64,000 nucleotides of DNA from Podarcis melisellensis (GCA_964234715.1 OZ174280.1), one strand, 5' to 3'. Numbered from the stretch's first letter, positions 11,801 to 25,750 are shown. Numbers and translations are program-made. Notes: generated from the letters alone by a model not told the origin.

Positions 11801-14800
11801 TGTTGGGCAATATATTCAAATAATGTGACCTGAAAATCTTAGGGCAGGATTCTCCTAACAGCTCTTCCACTAGTGCGATAAGACTTTCCTCCCCAATCCT
11901 CCTGTGCATCTTTACACCCTCTGAAATTGGTTCTGCGGGGTTTGGGGAACCCACAGAACAGTGTGTGAAAGGAGGAGAGGGGAAATTGTTTCATCTAGCA
12001 AGCTGAAATGCTTCGCAAAGGGAACATTTATCACAGCATTCCATCCATGTAGTTTATAGAGGTTTTATTCACAAGAAAAAAAATGTTATATGCCTTTTCC
12101 CCAGAAGAGCAGCTTAGAAAGAGAATATGTCCTAGCACATTCTCCATGGACTATGATCACATGAATATGCAGGTGTTTGGGGCAATAAGATTCCTGTGCT
12201 GCAGGAGGGTTGGACTAGATGCCCCTTGTGGTCCCTTCCGGCTCTAGAATTCTGTGATTCTATAATCCATGGAAATGAATACTCTACAAAACAAACATTT
12301 TAAACTGAGAACCTGTTTCATTCTTTAGCAAAGAGGAAACAGGGGAGCAGGTTTTGGAAATTCAGTTCTAGGTGTGACCAGCAGGACAGCAAAACCTTAC
12401 TTAAATTTGGCCTTATGTTTTGTTAGCTAGAGGCTGGCCACTCGGGCAGGCTGGAGAAGACAGAAGATCTTTGGTTGAAGGTGCGAAAAGACCATGCTCC
12501 TCGGCTTGCCCGCCTCTCACTGGAAAGCAGGTCCTTACAGGATGTTTTGTTACATGGTGAGCAGTGCCTTGTCTGCATATCTCATTTTATTGATGACTTT
12601 CCAGAATTTTCTTATGAAACAATGAGACTTGTTCTGTACTGTTCCAGACACACTGAGGGAATGAATCCTGAGGAATACATGCTACTGGGGAGGGACATAG
12701 AAAACACATTGACAATAAAAATTATGGGAAACCAGTAAAAAATAATTAGCTAAAAATAAAATAAAAAGATTAAACAAGTTGACAAGCAGGTGCTTATATT
12801 TCAGGTAAACCAAAGCTAGGCCGTGAGCTGGGCCGAGGGCAGTACGGAGTGGTGTACTTGTGCAATGCCTGGGGGGGTCACTTCCCTTGTGCCCTCAAAT
12901 CTGTTGTTCCACCAGATGAGAAGCACTGGAATGACCTTGCACTTGAGTTTCACTATATGAGGTAGGTGGCATTAAACTCTTCCATAATAAACATACATTA
13001 ACCTGGCAGCTTAACTATATTTTGTAGCAGTGGTTTGACGGAGTCCGATGACTGACACAAAATTCCTCTCACGTATGCACAAAGGGCTATTTGGAACCTT
13101 CTTAATTGAAACCATGACAATATAAAATAACGATGTTGAGTTCCTTGGTGAAATTTCTATTGATACTTGTCTTCATACTCTGAAGAATTAGGTTGCCTAT
13201 GTCATCCTTCTGCAATATGACACCCTCTAGATGATTGGCTACAACTCCCATCAGCCTCAACTAGCATAGTAAATGGCCTGGGATGGAGAAGGTTGCAGTT
13301 CACCTAGGAAGTGCAGCAGTTGGGGAAAGCTGGTATTTGCTATATCTTGAAACTGCACATTTCTATTGCATATCTAGCTTGCACAGTTATTCTGTTAACA
13401 TGAATAGTCATTTGGAAATAATGGTGTGTGCCTTATATGCTTTCGTAGAACAGGGGACTGGGGGGGGGGGAATGCCTTATCTCCTTAGAAGACATAAATC
13501 CATTATTCTTTACTTTTGTGCTGCATCTTTCTCCAGATCTTTACCAAAGCATGAGCGGTTGGTAGATCTTCATGGATCAGTGATAGATTATGGGTATGGT
13601 GGAGGTTCCAGCATTGCTGTTCTACTGATAATGGAACAATTGCACAGAGACCTCTATACAGGATTAAAGGTGAGGAATTAAAACAATTAAATGGAAAATG
13701 GACAGTGTAAATATTTGATCATCTCTGGCAGCTTTCATTTCTATGCACAAGTGTGCTTTTCATTATACTTGAATCAGTGGAGATAATAAAAAGTTGCAGA
13801 GTATAACACAAGTACTCCTCTTCAGGCCTCAAGGAAGCATGGAACACAAGCCTTGCAAGGCTCTAGGGTTCTTATGGGAGGGGAGGTTTTTGCAGGCTTT
13901 TTATTTCCTGACCCACCTGAAATATTCCCCAACTGTGTTCTATAGTGCTAAAGCACTTGGGTTAGCCCTATATTGCTATATTACAGGGTGGCGAAGACTT
14001 TAGAGTTATAAAAGGCAATGGCATATTTCCTTTTGCGTCTTGAAGCCTGTGCATTGCAGTGAGGAGGGGTTCACTCATGTACCCAAACTGCCACCGTGGC
14101 TACTATAAGTTGTTAAAGGTTCAAGCAGGTCAATTTTCTCCTGTTATCCCCTGCTCCCCCAAACCATGACATCTTCACTATTCCATAGCTCTGGAAAGCT
14201 AGTAAGGATGCTCAGTCCTCTTTGGGCTGTGCTAGCTTTCCGCCCCGCCCCCCCACCTCTTTTAACTTACAAGCTAATATACTTCTGCATTCTTGGAGTC
14301 TCTAGAGAATACAGAAGCTACTGCCTTGGGCAGTGAACTGCCTATCCATAGACAAGTTGATAAGTTTAGTGTTCTGATAATTTGGCTTTAAAATTTTGGC
14401 AGCTATGCTCCCTTCACGTTGTTCCTGACTATTGGTAGATCAGATGGTCTCTTCTTCACCTCCCAACCTCAGCCCTACTACATTTTTGGTTAGCAGCAGA
14501 TAAAATCTAGGGTTAATGGTCTGATCACAAGTACAACTGTAAAGGCATTTTTTTATATTGTTATATTATATATTTCATTAGAGAGAGCAAGTGAGTGCAC
14601 ACAACACCTGATCCTGGCTACCATTGTGCGACTAGAACTGTATGCTTCAGTAGAACGGATTAAGACAATAGCAGCAGAACTACTCTCTGACCCGCTTGTT
14701 TAAGGAAGAAACAATGTTAAAGGATCTGTTTTGTTGGAGTTGCTTCATTTTAGGCAAGAAGCACTGCCTAATAACCATAGATGTGAATCCCATTAAGGGA

Positions 14801-17800
14801 TTGATAATAAGGTTTCCCCCCCACTTTTCCCCCCAGGCTGAGTTGACATTGGAGATAAGATTGCAGATTGCCTTGGATGTAGTAGAAGGGATTCGATTTC
14901 TTCACAGCCAGGGGCTCGTTCACAGAGACATCAAACTTAAAAATGTATTGGTAAGGGACAGCTTTTTGCCTTGAGCGTCATTCTCTTTGCTAAAATGGAA
15001 CAAGACGTCAGTACATAAATAATGGCTTTGTTAAAACCATTTATCTCTGCTTTATAACTTCTTAAAAATCTAAAAAGCACTTTTTTCATAAGGGGGGGGA
15101 AAGGCACAAGTAAAAGTGATCGCTGCCATTGTGAAGCACAAAACCTGTACTTTGCTGTATATAGAACACCAAATGACAATTGTGCTGCCCAAAAAGACTC
15201 AAGTGCTGAACAAGAAACTCAAGAATATCTAGGTTTTCATATGACTGGACCAATTTCCTTATAAAGAAAAGACAACCATACCCGATCACAGCTAAACCCA
15301 GGGGAAAGATCAGAAGCTGAGGCATATCTAAAGGGAGCTCAGCCAGAGTAAAATTGACTGGAGTAACAAAGAGCTATCTTTTCTGATCCTTTGACTGATC
15401 AGAAGGCTAATACACCCTTCATCTGTTCAGACTTTCATTTCCACAAGATGTGGTGATGGCAGTTAATTTAGAGGACTACTTTTACACTGTTACCATTTCA
15501 TAAAGGATTAGGTGTATCTATGGCCGTTAGCTAGGAATCTCCAGGACAGCATCAGGTAACCCAAAATTATAAGAAAAAATCAAAATAAGGAATTGGTGAT
15601 TATTTTTGTGCTCGGCTAGATAATGAACTTCAGCTTGGTTCAGCAAATACATTAATAATGTGCTAGCTGGGATTGTTTGTAGAATACACTTGTACTACAG
15701 TGATGACATGTTGCTCTCTTGAGGCTTGGGTTTGAGTAGTTTGTATCCTTTACAGCTTGATAAAAACAGTAGAGCTAAAATCACAGACCTGGGATTCTGC
15801 AAACCTGAGGCGATGATGTCCGGCAGTATTGTTGGGACCCCTATCCATATGGCTCCTGAACTCTTCACAGGTAAACTTATCATAGATCTCCCTATGGACT
15901 GTTAGCCATTAAGAATTTGAGGTTCCATTCCCTTAAGATGACAAAACTACATGTGTACTGTTAGAGGGATGCTTCTGCCAGGAAGTTTGGCATATACATG
16001 CATGTATCCTCAGGGAAGGAAGGAGTATACTTTCAAGGGGATATGACACATTGAACTGTGTGGGTTATTACCAATGAAGAAACAGGTAGATGTTGGATCA
16101 CAGATCAAAATATCCTTAGATCAATTAATTCTTATCTTTGAATCTCTCGTCCCAAATGAATGCTTTGATACTTCTGTCCTGTTACTTCTGTCCAGTGGAC
16201 TTGTGTGGGAAGAGCATTTAAGTGTGCTTTTGTCCCAAGCAGGAGCATTTAAGAGTAGTAGCCTTGCTTGAAAATAAAGTTGCCTTAACTAAGCTCTAGG
16301 TTGTGTTGGAGTCCCCAGTGACCCAGTGTGCTGCTATTTCCTGACAACAATCTTATGCTTTCTAGTCTTCAACCAGTATCTCTTGCTCATCTGCCACAGG
16401 GAAATATGATAATTCTGTGGATGTATATGCATTTGGCATCTTGTTCTGGTACATCTGTTCGGGTCAAGTCAAGTTACCAGAGGCTTTTGAGAGATGTGCA
16501 AGTAAGGACCACCTTTGGAACAATGTACGAAGAGGTAGGCATAACACATAATGCAGTGTTGTCAAGGGATGGAGACTATATCTAAAGTTCCTAATCTAAA
16601 TGACCACTTGTCAAGCTCTGCTCTCGTGGTAGAGCTTTGGGGTCTCTTTCTTCCGACCACAGTCCTCTGTGCTGCCATACAAGCCAGCCCTTGAAACTCA
16701 TGGCAGCTTCAGAAACCTCCTTCAGTGCTGTGCAACTGCTGTTCCTAAACAAGGCTGAAGAAGGAACAAAGAGTTTTTTATGTGAGTGAGCTGCTTTGTA
16801 GCAGACTTCCAACATTTGAAGCAATTTTGCATAGAGAAATTTGCTTTGACTAAATGCATTTGGAGCAACTGTCCTAAGTGAATAAGCCATTTGACTAAAT
16901 CTTTACACCCTCTGCATTTTCAGCAGAAGCTAGATAAGGTAGTACTGGAGTGCTCATGTCTTTGCATCTCCTGGTGCTGTTGTCTTTATATTCACAGCGG
17001 CTGAAAACTTGAAGCAGATAAGGTGGGCTGAGAGAAATGGGAGAATGAGCAGTTCCTTTAGTCTGGTTTCCAGGCTACTGTTGATAGCTTAGAACGCATA
17101 AAAATTCTGTCTGCAGTCTTATGCACACTTACCTGGGAGTAAGCTGCACTGAACTTGGTGGGCGCTATCCAACTACATAGATCTGCTCTAGTGCACAGAT
17201 TTTTTCTTGCACAGTGGAACTTCCCCTCCCTCAATCTGCTCCGGAGGGTTGGAGAGGAACCCAGAACAGAGTTATGGCGAAGTTCCTTTGCACAGCCCAA
17301 AGTCCTTGCACTAGTGGATCTTTTCAGTTTAAAACTGCCCAGGAAGACTTGCTTTTGAGTAAACATGCCTAGAATTGCACTGCAAAACATAGCGTGTGTG
17401 ATTTAAGGAAGGTCCTGTAACATAAAGAGTACCTTTGTTTAGAACTAACTGTCCCAAGAGTCTATAAGTTGCTATGAGGGCTATGACAGAAATATAGGCC
17501 AGATATGAATGACAATACTTAATTTCATCTGCTGTTCCAGATGTTGACAGAGAACAGGGATTTCAACTCTTGGTATTATGTTCGTATAGAAATGAGACAT
17601 CTAAAGATCTTCAAACTAGATATAATCAGTACTTTCTTGGAATAAGGCAACAGCAATCTAATTCTTTCAAAAACATGCATGCATGACTAATGCTTAAGTG
17701 GTTTTCTTTTTAAAAAACAACAACAACCACCCAGCAATATCTTAAATCTCCTTAAAGTGTTTGAGAATTTGCAGTCCTTAGAGTGTTGGGAATCTCTGTG

Positions 17801-18688
17801 AACATGCATCATTCTTTGAACAATGGGCTCTATTAGTTGCTACCTAAATTAGTGGAGCCTCCTGCATAGTTCCTTTTGTTATTAAAATGTACCCTTTTAA
17901 CTTCATGCCTATTTTCAAGCTTCCCCAAACATGACCTCCCAAGATGAAGTTTTTACTTAATTTGAAAGCTTCCCTGCCTTATGGATAATGGTAGTTGTGG
18001 AAATTACAGTGCGTAGTATCTCATGAAAAAACAGGACTAGCACCTGTAGTACAACTAAGCAGTGCAATTCTATACATGTCTCCTCAGTAGGATTTGCTCC
18101 CAAGTAAGTGTGCTTGGGCCTGCAGCCTTGACATGTTTTGAAGTGTTAATTTTTAGGTTTCAGAACCATTACAACATATGAAAAACGGCTTATAAGTGGT
18201 GAACTCATGTGAACAGTATAATGCTAGCAACACTTTTGTGGTCACAACAGCAGTTTCCATGAATAAGGGGCCATACTTTCCCAGTGCACCCTACTTTGTG
18301 TAAGTCAGTTTTTATACATATTAATAATGTGTGTATTGACTCAGAGCCTTGTTCATAATTGGAAGCTTGAGTCTGGTTTCTTTCCAGATGGGCCAGGTAA
18401 GCCACTTATGCCTGACCAGTGTAGTTAAAGCTGAAGTAGCAAAGATCAAATGAATTATTTCCCCTTTCAGTCAAATAACCATGTTCTCCTTTTTGTCCAG
18501 GAGTACGCCCTGAACGCCTTCGCATTTTTGACGAGGAATGCTGGCAGCTGATGGAAGCCTGTTGGGATGGAGACCCTTCTCAGCGCCCACTCCTGGGCAT
18601 TGTCCAGCCCACGTTGCAGAACATAATGGACAGGCTTTGTGGGTCAAACTCAGCACCGTTGAATAAAGGATTAGATGACTCTACTTGA
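8227..18688 (+). CDS. DSTYK: Dual serine/threonine and tyrosine protein kinase, 3' portion (11 coding exons, 5'-partial)
   Basis: Joined exons give 2133 nt in one frame (710 aa + stop). Kinase motifs [20 protein letters not shown] and APE; C-terminus NKGLDDST*; synteny with RBBP5. Confidence 0.97.
9635..9870 (+). CDS. DSTYK: DSTYK exon DIIVPENG...SNYLKQ
   Basis: ctctag|AT ... CAG|gtaaaa; phase 1 to 0. Confidence 0.95.
10173..10256 (+). CDS. DSTYK: DSTYK exon [10 protein letters not shown]...WEQIKQ
   Basis: ttatag|ATA ... CAG|gtatga; 84 nt. Confidence 0.93.
11050..11226 (+). CDS. DSTYK: DSTYK exon [11 protein letters not shown]...ASLRQ
   Basis: attcag|ATA ... CAG|gtcagt; 177 nt. Confidence 0.94.
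11496..11547. repeat. 26-bp tandem duplication
   Basis: GGGTTCATTCTCCAGCTCACAAA(A/G)GT twice. Confidence 0.9.
12191..12263 (+). mobile_element. CR1 LINE 3' end fragment
   Basis: GGGTTGGACTAGATG...GGTCCCTTCC...ATTCTGTGATTCTAT, the typical CR1 3' terminus with ATTCTRTG repeats. Confidence 0.75.
12427..12556 (+). CDS. DSTYK: DSTYK exon LEAGHSGR...DVLLH
   Basis: tgttag|CTA ... CATG|gtgagc; 130 nt. Confidence 0.93.
12805..12961 (+). CDS. DSTYK: DSTYK kinase exon (Gly-rich loop GRGQYG, ALK lysine)
   Basis: tttcag|GTAAAC ... ATGAG|gtaggt; 157 nt. Confidence 0.95.
13537..13669 (+). CDS. DSTYK: DSTYK exon SLPKHERL...YTGLK
   Basis: ctccag|AT ... AAG|gtgagg; 133 nt. Confidence 0.95.
14837..14950 (+). 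CDS. DSTYK: DSTYK kinase catalytic-loop exon (HRDIKLKN)
   Basis: ccccag|GCT ... TTG|gtaagg; 114 nt. Confidence 0.95.
15756..15870 (+). CDS. DSTYK: DSTYK activation-segment exon (DLG...APE)
   Basis: ttacag|CTT ... ACAG|gtaaac; 115 nt. Confidence 0.95.
16400..16534 (+). CDS. DSTYK: DSTYK exon [12 protein letters not shown]...NNVRR
   Basis: ccacag|GG ... AGAG|gtaggc; 135 nt. Confidence 0.95.
18501..18688 (+). CDS. DSTYK: DSTYK last coding exon VRPERL...GLDDST*
   Basis: gtccag|GA; TGA at 18686-18688. Confidence 0.95.
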
Positions 18689-21600
18689 AAAACAAGCCAT
18701 GGAGGAACTGTTCTGTTATGTGAGAATGCTGGCCCCCACTTTGGCATGGGCAGCTCAAGAGGGTAGCTTTTCTGAAGAGAGACTGGCCAGAAATTGGGCG
18801 CTTGGGTGAGACGATACCGAAATTCCACCTCATATAGCAGCCAGGGACATTTCATCCCCAATACACTACTAATGCAAGTTGCTAGTGCTTCCCTCTTCCC
18901 TTAAAAAGCAAGAAAGATGGGAAATTCAGGCCTTGCTGTCTGGAAAGGATTTTGCTTATCCCCTTCAGATTCCAGTAAAAGGAAAAAAGCACTGTGTTTC
19001 ATAACTGGGGCAGCGAGCACATCTGCATCCCTAGCTACAGTCTGCTATGTGTCTGCAATGGCTCCCTTGAAGGTCACACACATGAATGTGGATTATTGGA
19101 AGACATAAAGTAGTATCTCTTTCATAGGATGGGTTTTCCAGCTATTCTTAGCGTGGATTCTGAGGGGTGTAAGCTAATATTAACTTCATAGTACTTGGTA
19201 TGTTTACATGGAAGGATCAAAGGATCCATTCTCTTGAGGGGAAGGCCACACTGTAATGGAAATGCCCTTTAAAAAAAGTATAAGCTACCTGTGCTTTATC
19301 TTGTGAACCAAGCTCTTTTTGGTAAACGCTTAGTAGCAATTTTTGCAACATCTGATTAAAGATGGCCTTTTTATTTTTATTTTTACAATCTTACAGCAAG
19401 ATGGGTACTCCACCAAAAAAGACAGAAATTGAAACATAAATTGCTTGCAACTAACTACTGCCTGTACCCAGTGGACAACTAGCAGGCCATGTTTTTAACT
19501 ACAGCAGCTTTCTTGTTTTGAACCCAAGTATAAAGGCAGTGACTGTTTTAAACTAATTATTGACAGGCATTTTAAAATATTTCTTCAGCTACTTTTTTTA
19601 AGCCATTCCCTTGGAGAATACCTAAGAGAGACCTGACATCATTCCATAGATGTGCATGATTGCTATTTCTGACCATTTCCTTCTTTAGGGTTTGTTGTTT
19701 GGCTGTGTTAGACTATGTTAATTTAGGAATCCATTGCAGGGAGCACATGGGGAGGACAGTCCAGAGTCCTGCAAAATGAAGGGCTCTTTCTCATGTACTT
19801 GACGCACCCCTGAGAGAAAGATTTGTTTGCATTTGTTTGTGCAAGACTTAGTTTCTTAGTACAACAATGTTTTGAGGAAAGGTGTGGGATAAGCTGGAGA
19901 ATGCAACTGGCGTAAGGTCAAAGTTTTTCTCCCGTGTGTTTGGAGAATGAAGGGTGAAACCTTATTCTCCTTCTTCCACACAATGAGGCATGCACTGGTT
20001 TCATAGTCATAGGATAACTTGAGTGTGCGCTATACAAAGCCAATCAAACATGCAACATACAGTCCATTGCTTCTGTTGCACAAAGCAGAATTACAGCCTC
20101 TTGCCTGTTTGCATAAACTACTAGAGACAAAAGTGACCTTGCAATGTTACTGGCCCAGCCTAGATGAACCCTTCCTGTGTGCAATAAAATTGAAACTGTG
20201 CTTTTAAAATGATTGCTTTTTACATAATGGGCATTCATTGCTATGTGGTGATCTAAACTGTATTCGCACTTCTGCCTACAAATTGTAGCATCTGGCAACT
20301 TGAATGGGCAGCGACGGTTGCCAACCATGTTCACAAAAAAGCACATATATTCTCAAATAGATATTAGAAATGTCACTTATGTGCTAGCTAGGCCACTGTT
20401 CCACTCATTTGACAGTATTACTCATTTCATACCCATTTACTCTGTACAGTGGATAGTGACTTTGTTTAGAGAGAGGAGGGTCTAGGTCAGTATTTTTGGA
20501 AGTATATAGTTTATGTAAAATTAAAATGAATAAAACTATTTGAAAACGGCTTGTATAGCTTTTCCCAAACAGCCACTTCCTTATTCTATAATACCCTGTG
20601 CCTTTTTGAAAACTTGAGTTAAAGTATTGTATCAAATTCCACTAGGACTGTCTTCCCCATGGACACCTCTGGCTCAGTACACCTTTCCCAATGTACAACC
20701 ATCATGTGCTCCTTTGTTAGGCATAAATTTTATTTATTCTGAGCAGCTCTGAATCAGATTTCACAGGCCCCCTGACATGCCTCACAAGAGGGAAGAGATG
20801 GGCTTTGTGTCGTCTAAAGATCTTCTAGTTAAAGCACATTTGACTTCGATTAAAAAATACACCCTTGTTCATATTTTGCAATGCTGTATGCTTTCTCTAC
20901 GTTACTACCACCCTTGTGGCCTAAGAAGCATGTATTTTGAACACACTAAAAATTTTCATAGCTGTTTCAATAGAGGCAAACAGATGCCACGACCAGGTAT
21001 TATGGTAGGGGTAATGGTGGCTATCTGTGTATTCAGGCCAGCTGTGAGTGCAGAGCATCTATCACTGCGATCCCACTCCAGTTACTTAACAAAAAGCATT
21101 AAACTGAAGATCTGTTAGAAGCAACTCCTTGTTGTTGTTGTTTTAAAAATAAAGTTATTGTTGTGCTCACATACAACTATCTTATGCACTGCAAAATACC
21201 TCTTCTCTCCCCACCTGCCTCTTACCCACTTTGTTCTGTACCCAAAATGAAACTTTGTTTACTAAACTGTATTATGCAACGTTTACAGGTTGCCACTGAC
21301 TGGATGGCTAAAGCAGGTGCTCCAAAAGAGAGGTTTCTTTAGAGTTGGAAACATGATAAATCAAACTAGTTTACAAAAACAAGTATACTTACAGAAAGCA
21401 GAGCTGGAGGAATCCATAGTGGTGCTAGTAGCTCATGGTTCAAAGATGGAGCTATTCAAAGCTGACCAATTGCTAGGCCACTTATTTCTGCTTTGGATAT
21501 TGTGGCCAATTTAGGCTCTGGATACAAACACTACATAGGATTCACAGGAATGAAAGCAAGGCTTGAATGCAATGTCACATTGCCATGTTGCGATGCTGGA

Positions 21601-22547
21601 GTGTTGCCCTCAGCTTGCTAGTGCACTGCTGCTGTCTTATCACATTGCTGTCTAGTGCAGTGGATTTATGGGAGCTTTTGTTTGGCAACTGACCATTTTT
21701 GTGTGTGTTTCCTCCATCTGTAGTACTTCTAGCGACTTGATTATACAATGCAAGCCCTTCTAGCTTGTTGAATTCAAGTGCAAGCTATTCTATTTATCTT
21801 TTTTTAGCACTTTTGTGTTCATCCTTCTCTCAGCCCCTTCCCTCCTGGATAGTATTTGGAGGCTCAGAAACTGCTTGAATGTAGGCTCTTGTAGGGTGAC
21901 TGTCATTAATGGAAGGACCATCAGTACTGGATCCCAATCTAATGTGGTTCTCTGTTGAGCTTTCACTTTTAGAGATGTACATAATGCCTTCTCTGTATCT
22001 ACTGGTCTCCTCGCCAGTTGTCCTCACTTTGTTATTTTTTACATTTTAATACTATGATTTTTCCCCCTCCAGGGAGAGAATAAGAGCACAGCAGCATTTA
22101 AAACTCCCTCAGGGGCTTAAATAGCACTGTATTTCTTGAACTTCTAATGCTTCCCTTTGTTTTGGTTCTATTAAACTGATGGTCAACTGTTACAACTTGG
22201 CTATTGGGGGGAGGTAGAAACCTGAGTTAAGAGTTGTACAGTTCCAATGTAATGACTATAGATTTTTTGTACTACTTTTATTTTTTAAAAAACCTATGTA
22301 TATTAGTGTTAAAGGCAAAGGTAACAAACTTACCAACTGTATAGGAAAAGTGCAATAACATGGAAAATGACATGATTGAGAAAAATATTTCCCTTGTATC
22401 CTGTAATACTAATTGACTCTCCACTGCAGCCCTTTCCCCCATTACGTGTATTTTAAGAGACGTGACTGTGGGTCAAGACTTCATTTAGTGCTATAATGAA
22501 AGTCTGTTTTAATAGAGAGTAGAATGCACAGAAGTGCTGTGCTGTAT

Positions 22548-22553
22548 AATAAA
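22548..22553 (+). terminator. Probable distal poly(A) signal of DSTYK
   Basis: AATAAA followed by a U/GU-rich stretch; proximal AATAAA also at 20183, 20529 and 21148. Confidence 0.55.
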
Positions 22554-24338
22554 GGTTGCATTAACATTTTTTGCTGCTGCTTGTGTGGTTTTACTTTTCC
22601 AATAATTGTTCCAGAGACTTTGCTGAGTTTCGAATCTGTCACACCACAACCTGGGGAGGGGTAGCAATAATACCTGCTAATAAACTGATCAAGTGGCTAT
22701 TGAGCCACAAGGGTGTGGGCTTGTGTTGATGAAGCTACAGCAGTACATGCTCTTTGGCAATGGGGATGGATGGATGGATGTCCTTGTGGGTACTGAACTG
22801 CATTACAAAATTCATCACTTATTTGGGGATGTGCCAGTACTGCCCCTAGGATAGTATACACAGTAATAATCCCAATTCCTGTTGTAATAGTTTCCACCTA
22901 ATCTTTCTCTTCACTATACTATATTGCAGCCTTGCTTGATAAAATGCAATCTGTTTTTGCTGCAGTCAACATGATTACTACTCTGGAGATGGCATGTTGG
23001 CAATCATTGATGTCAAAATCCTGTGGCACCTTAAAGCTGGCAAATTTTATTCTGGCATAATAAATTTCAATGGATTAAGAGCTCATTTAATCAGATAATC
23101 TTATTATGATGGAATGAAATGGGTTAGTCTTTGTAATTTTGATAGGCTGTTTTGGATCTGCTCACAAGGTCCATTCAAAGCCATTTGTCCCATAGACATT
23201 GCCTCTTATATTCTACCATAGACATCTTCAAGGTGACCTAGGATTTTAGAGGATTAGTATGGAAGAGATTTCTATTTTACTACTGCATTAAGTAATGTCT
23301 GGCATTAGAAAAATATAAGGCTGCCACAATTTCTTACTATAGTATATAAAAAATCTGCCTGCTTGTAATTCTGGATATTCAAAAAAGCAAAAGCAAAGAA
23401 CTTTTAAAGCAAAAGAGCAAATAAAAAGGCAAAGAACAAATAAAATTGAGAGAAGTTATACACAGAACTGTAATACGGGAACAAAAATGCTCCTGTCATG
23501 TTCACCTCTATTGTAAAGGTTCCCCAAACATCTCTTCTAAACGAATAAAACTTAATAAGCCATGTACTGACATATCCTAATCCAGAGTTGCCTTGCTCTT
23601 CAGCAGCTCTTGACAAAGTGCCAGTTTTACAAATTTAATCAATCTCTTTGTAAATGCAACAGCTCTTGAAATTAGATGGGGAAAAAGGCACTTCCTCTTG
23701 GCTGCTCTAGGCAGCCATGTTCCTTAATATGAATTCCTTTAACTGTTTCTAAAGGTTTAACATCTTGGATTTAGATGGCAAATGAGACTTGATAGATGAC
23801 TTCTCCCAATTACTTTTGCTGCCAGAGGGCACAACTTGGGGCATTTGGGATGTGTAAGAAGACAGAAGGACTTAAAACATTTGAGGCTAAATTAACCCTT
23901 GCCTGCTCTGTTTTCTTTCCCACCCTCCCACCCACAGTTTTCAAGGTTATTTTTCAGGCTGCAGCAATAGGAGTACCCATGGGAAGGAGGGTATCCTGTG
24001 TACTCTGCTCCCCTTCTGCCTTTGACATCCAGGTCTGCTGCTATTCCATCTAATTTATCCCTAAGGAATAATTAAAAACTACAACAGCAGGGCAGGTGTG
24101 CTAAAAAACAATGCGCTGGTTAGAGTTAGTCTAATGCATACAGTAAAGGCTAATAGCTAATCATGGAGGCCAGACACATCTGTCCATGAAAGCTTGTGCT
24201 ATAATAAAATACAATTAAGTGGGTACAAGATCTTTTGTCAGTGTGTGGTTGCTGGATTAGAATTTATCGAAGATGTGATTGCATTCTAGGCTTGAATAAG
24301 GACAGTTCCCCCTTCCATTACACATCATTCCTTACTGT

Positions 24339-24705
24339 AGGGATGTGGGTGGTGCTGTGGTCTAAACCACTGAGCATCTTGGGCTTGCCAATTGGAAGGT
24401 CAGCAGTTCGAATCTGCACCAAGGGGTGATCTCCTGTTGCTCTGTCTCTGCTCCTGCCAACCTAGCAGTTCAAAAGCACACCAGTGCAAGTAGATAAATA
24501 GGTACTGCTGCGGCGGGAAGGTGAACACCATTTCTGTACACTCTGGTTTCTGTCACGGTGTTCCGTTGCGCCAGAAGCGTTTGTCATGCTAGTCACATGA
24601 CCTGGAAAACTGGACAAACACCAGCTCCCTCGGCCTGAAAGCAAGATGAGCGCTGCACCCCATAGTTGCCTTTGGCTGGGCATCCAGGAGTCCTATACCT
24701 TACCT
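24339..24705 (+). mobile_element. Sauria-type SINE
   Basis: tRNA-like head, ACCT-rich tail, 12-bp TSD ATTCCTTACTGT (24327-24338, 24706-24717); homologous to 54071-54440. Confidence 0.85.
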
Positions 24706-25560
24706 ATTCCTTACTGTCACTACTGTGAATGATCCTTAGGGCTAAACTTAGGGCTAAATTGTTCATGCTTAAACTGGAGATTTTCCGTCTGAAGAAAAAG
24801 TCAGAGCACCATAATCTAAAAAGAGCTCCTGATTTGAATGGTGGTCCTACACCAGTTTCCTCCTGGAAATCCCCACCCACAGCTGCTATTTCCTTCCAGG
24901 AAATTGCATTCTCAGAGAGTTATTTATTTAAAGCATTTCTTTACTTGTTCATTTCAGTTGCAATTCCAGAGCAAGTTACAGTTCATCCACATACCTGATA
25001 CAATCACTGCAAAAGAAGGCAGGTAAGTTTGCAGCCAGTCAATGCTAAAATAAACATTTTGGCACTAAACTGTAACAAGAAGCTTGGGTGAATAACCAGG
25101 TCTTCAGCTGACAACCAAATTAGTAGTAGTTGTTGTTTTTTTTTAAAAAAGGTGCAAGCCATATTTTAGAGGGAAGGAAATTCCAAAGCTAAGGTGCCAT
25201 CACAAGGAAGGCTTTCCCACACATCGCCACATAGCAGGGCTTAGCTAAATCAATGGGTAGGAGGGATTTTCACAAGGAAACTGGTGCAGAGCCCCCATCT
25301 ACATTGGGAGCATGTTCTGGACTGGGGCCCTGTGATTACCCCCCCCCCAGGAAAATGGTGATGAATTTAAGTATGCTTTTTCAAAAGTACAAATTGCATA
25401 ACGTGTAGTTTGGCCCTTAACTAAATTGCTATAGGTTGTACTTTATGCATTTCATGACCATTTGATCCCCCCCTTTTTTTTACTCACCAACACCCATCCA
25501 GATGTATGTACATAATATGCCAACTAATGTTACAGTTTCATGGATTTGATAATATGTATG

Positions 25561-25750
25561 GGGAGGTGCTGTAGCTCAGTGGGAGAGCACATGATTTGTA
25601 TGAAAAAGGCCCCAGGTTCAATCTTTAGTATCTCCATGTAGAGCTAAGAAAGACACTCATTTGAAATCCTAGGCGGCGGCTGCCAGTCAGGGTAGACAAT
25701 ACTGGGCTAGATGGACCAGTAACCAAGCTCCATAAAAGCAGTTTCCTATG
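25561..25750 (+). mobile_element. tRNA-derived squamate SINE (Squam3-like)
   Basis: A-box GTAGCTCAGTGG and B-box GGTTCAAT, followed by the body shared with copies at 44376 and 63081. Confidence 0.7.

Noticed and set aside
15785-15800. DLG instead of DFG in the kinase activation segment
   Set aside because: DLG is the normal DSTYK family motif and does not indicate a pseudokinase.
25561-25630. tRNA-like sequence with A and B boxes
   Set aside because: No intact cloverleaf; it continues into a SINE body shared with other copies, so it is a SINE head.
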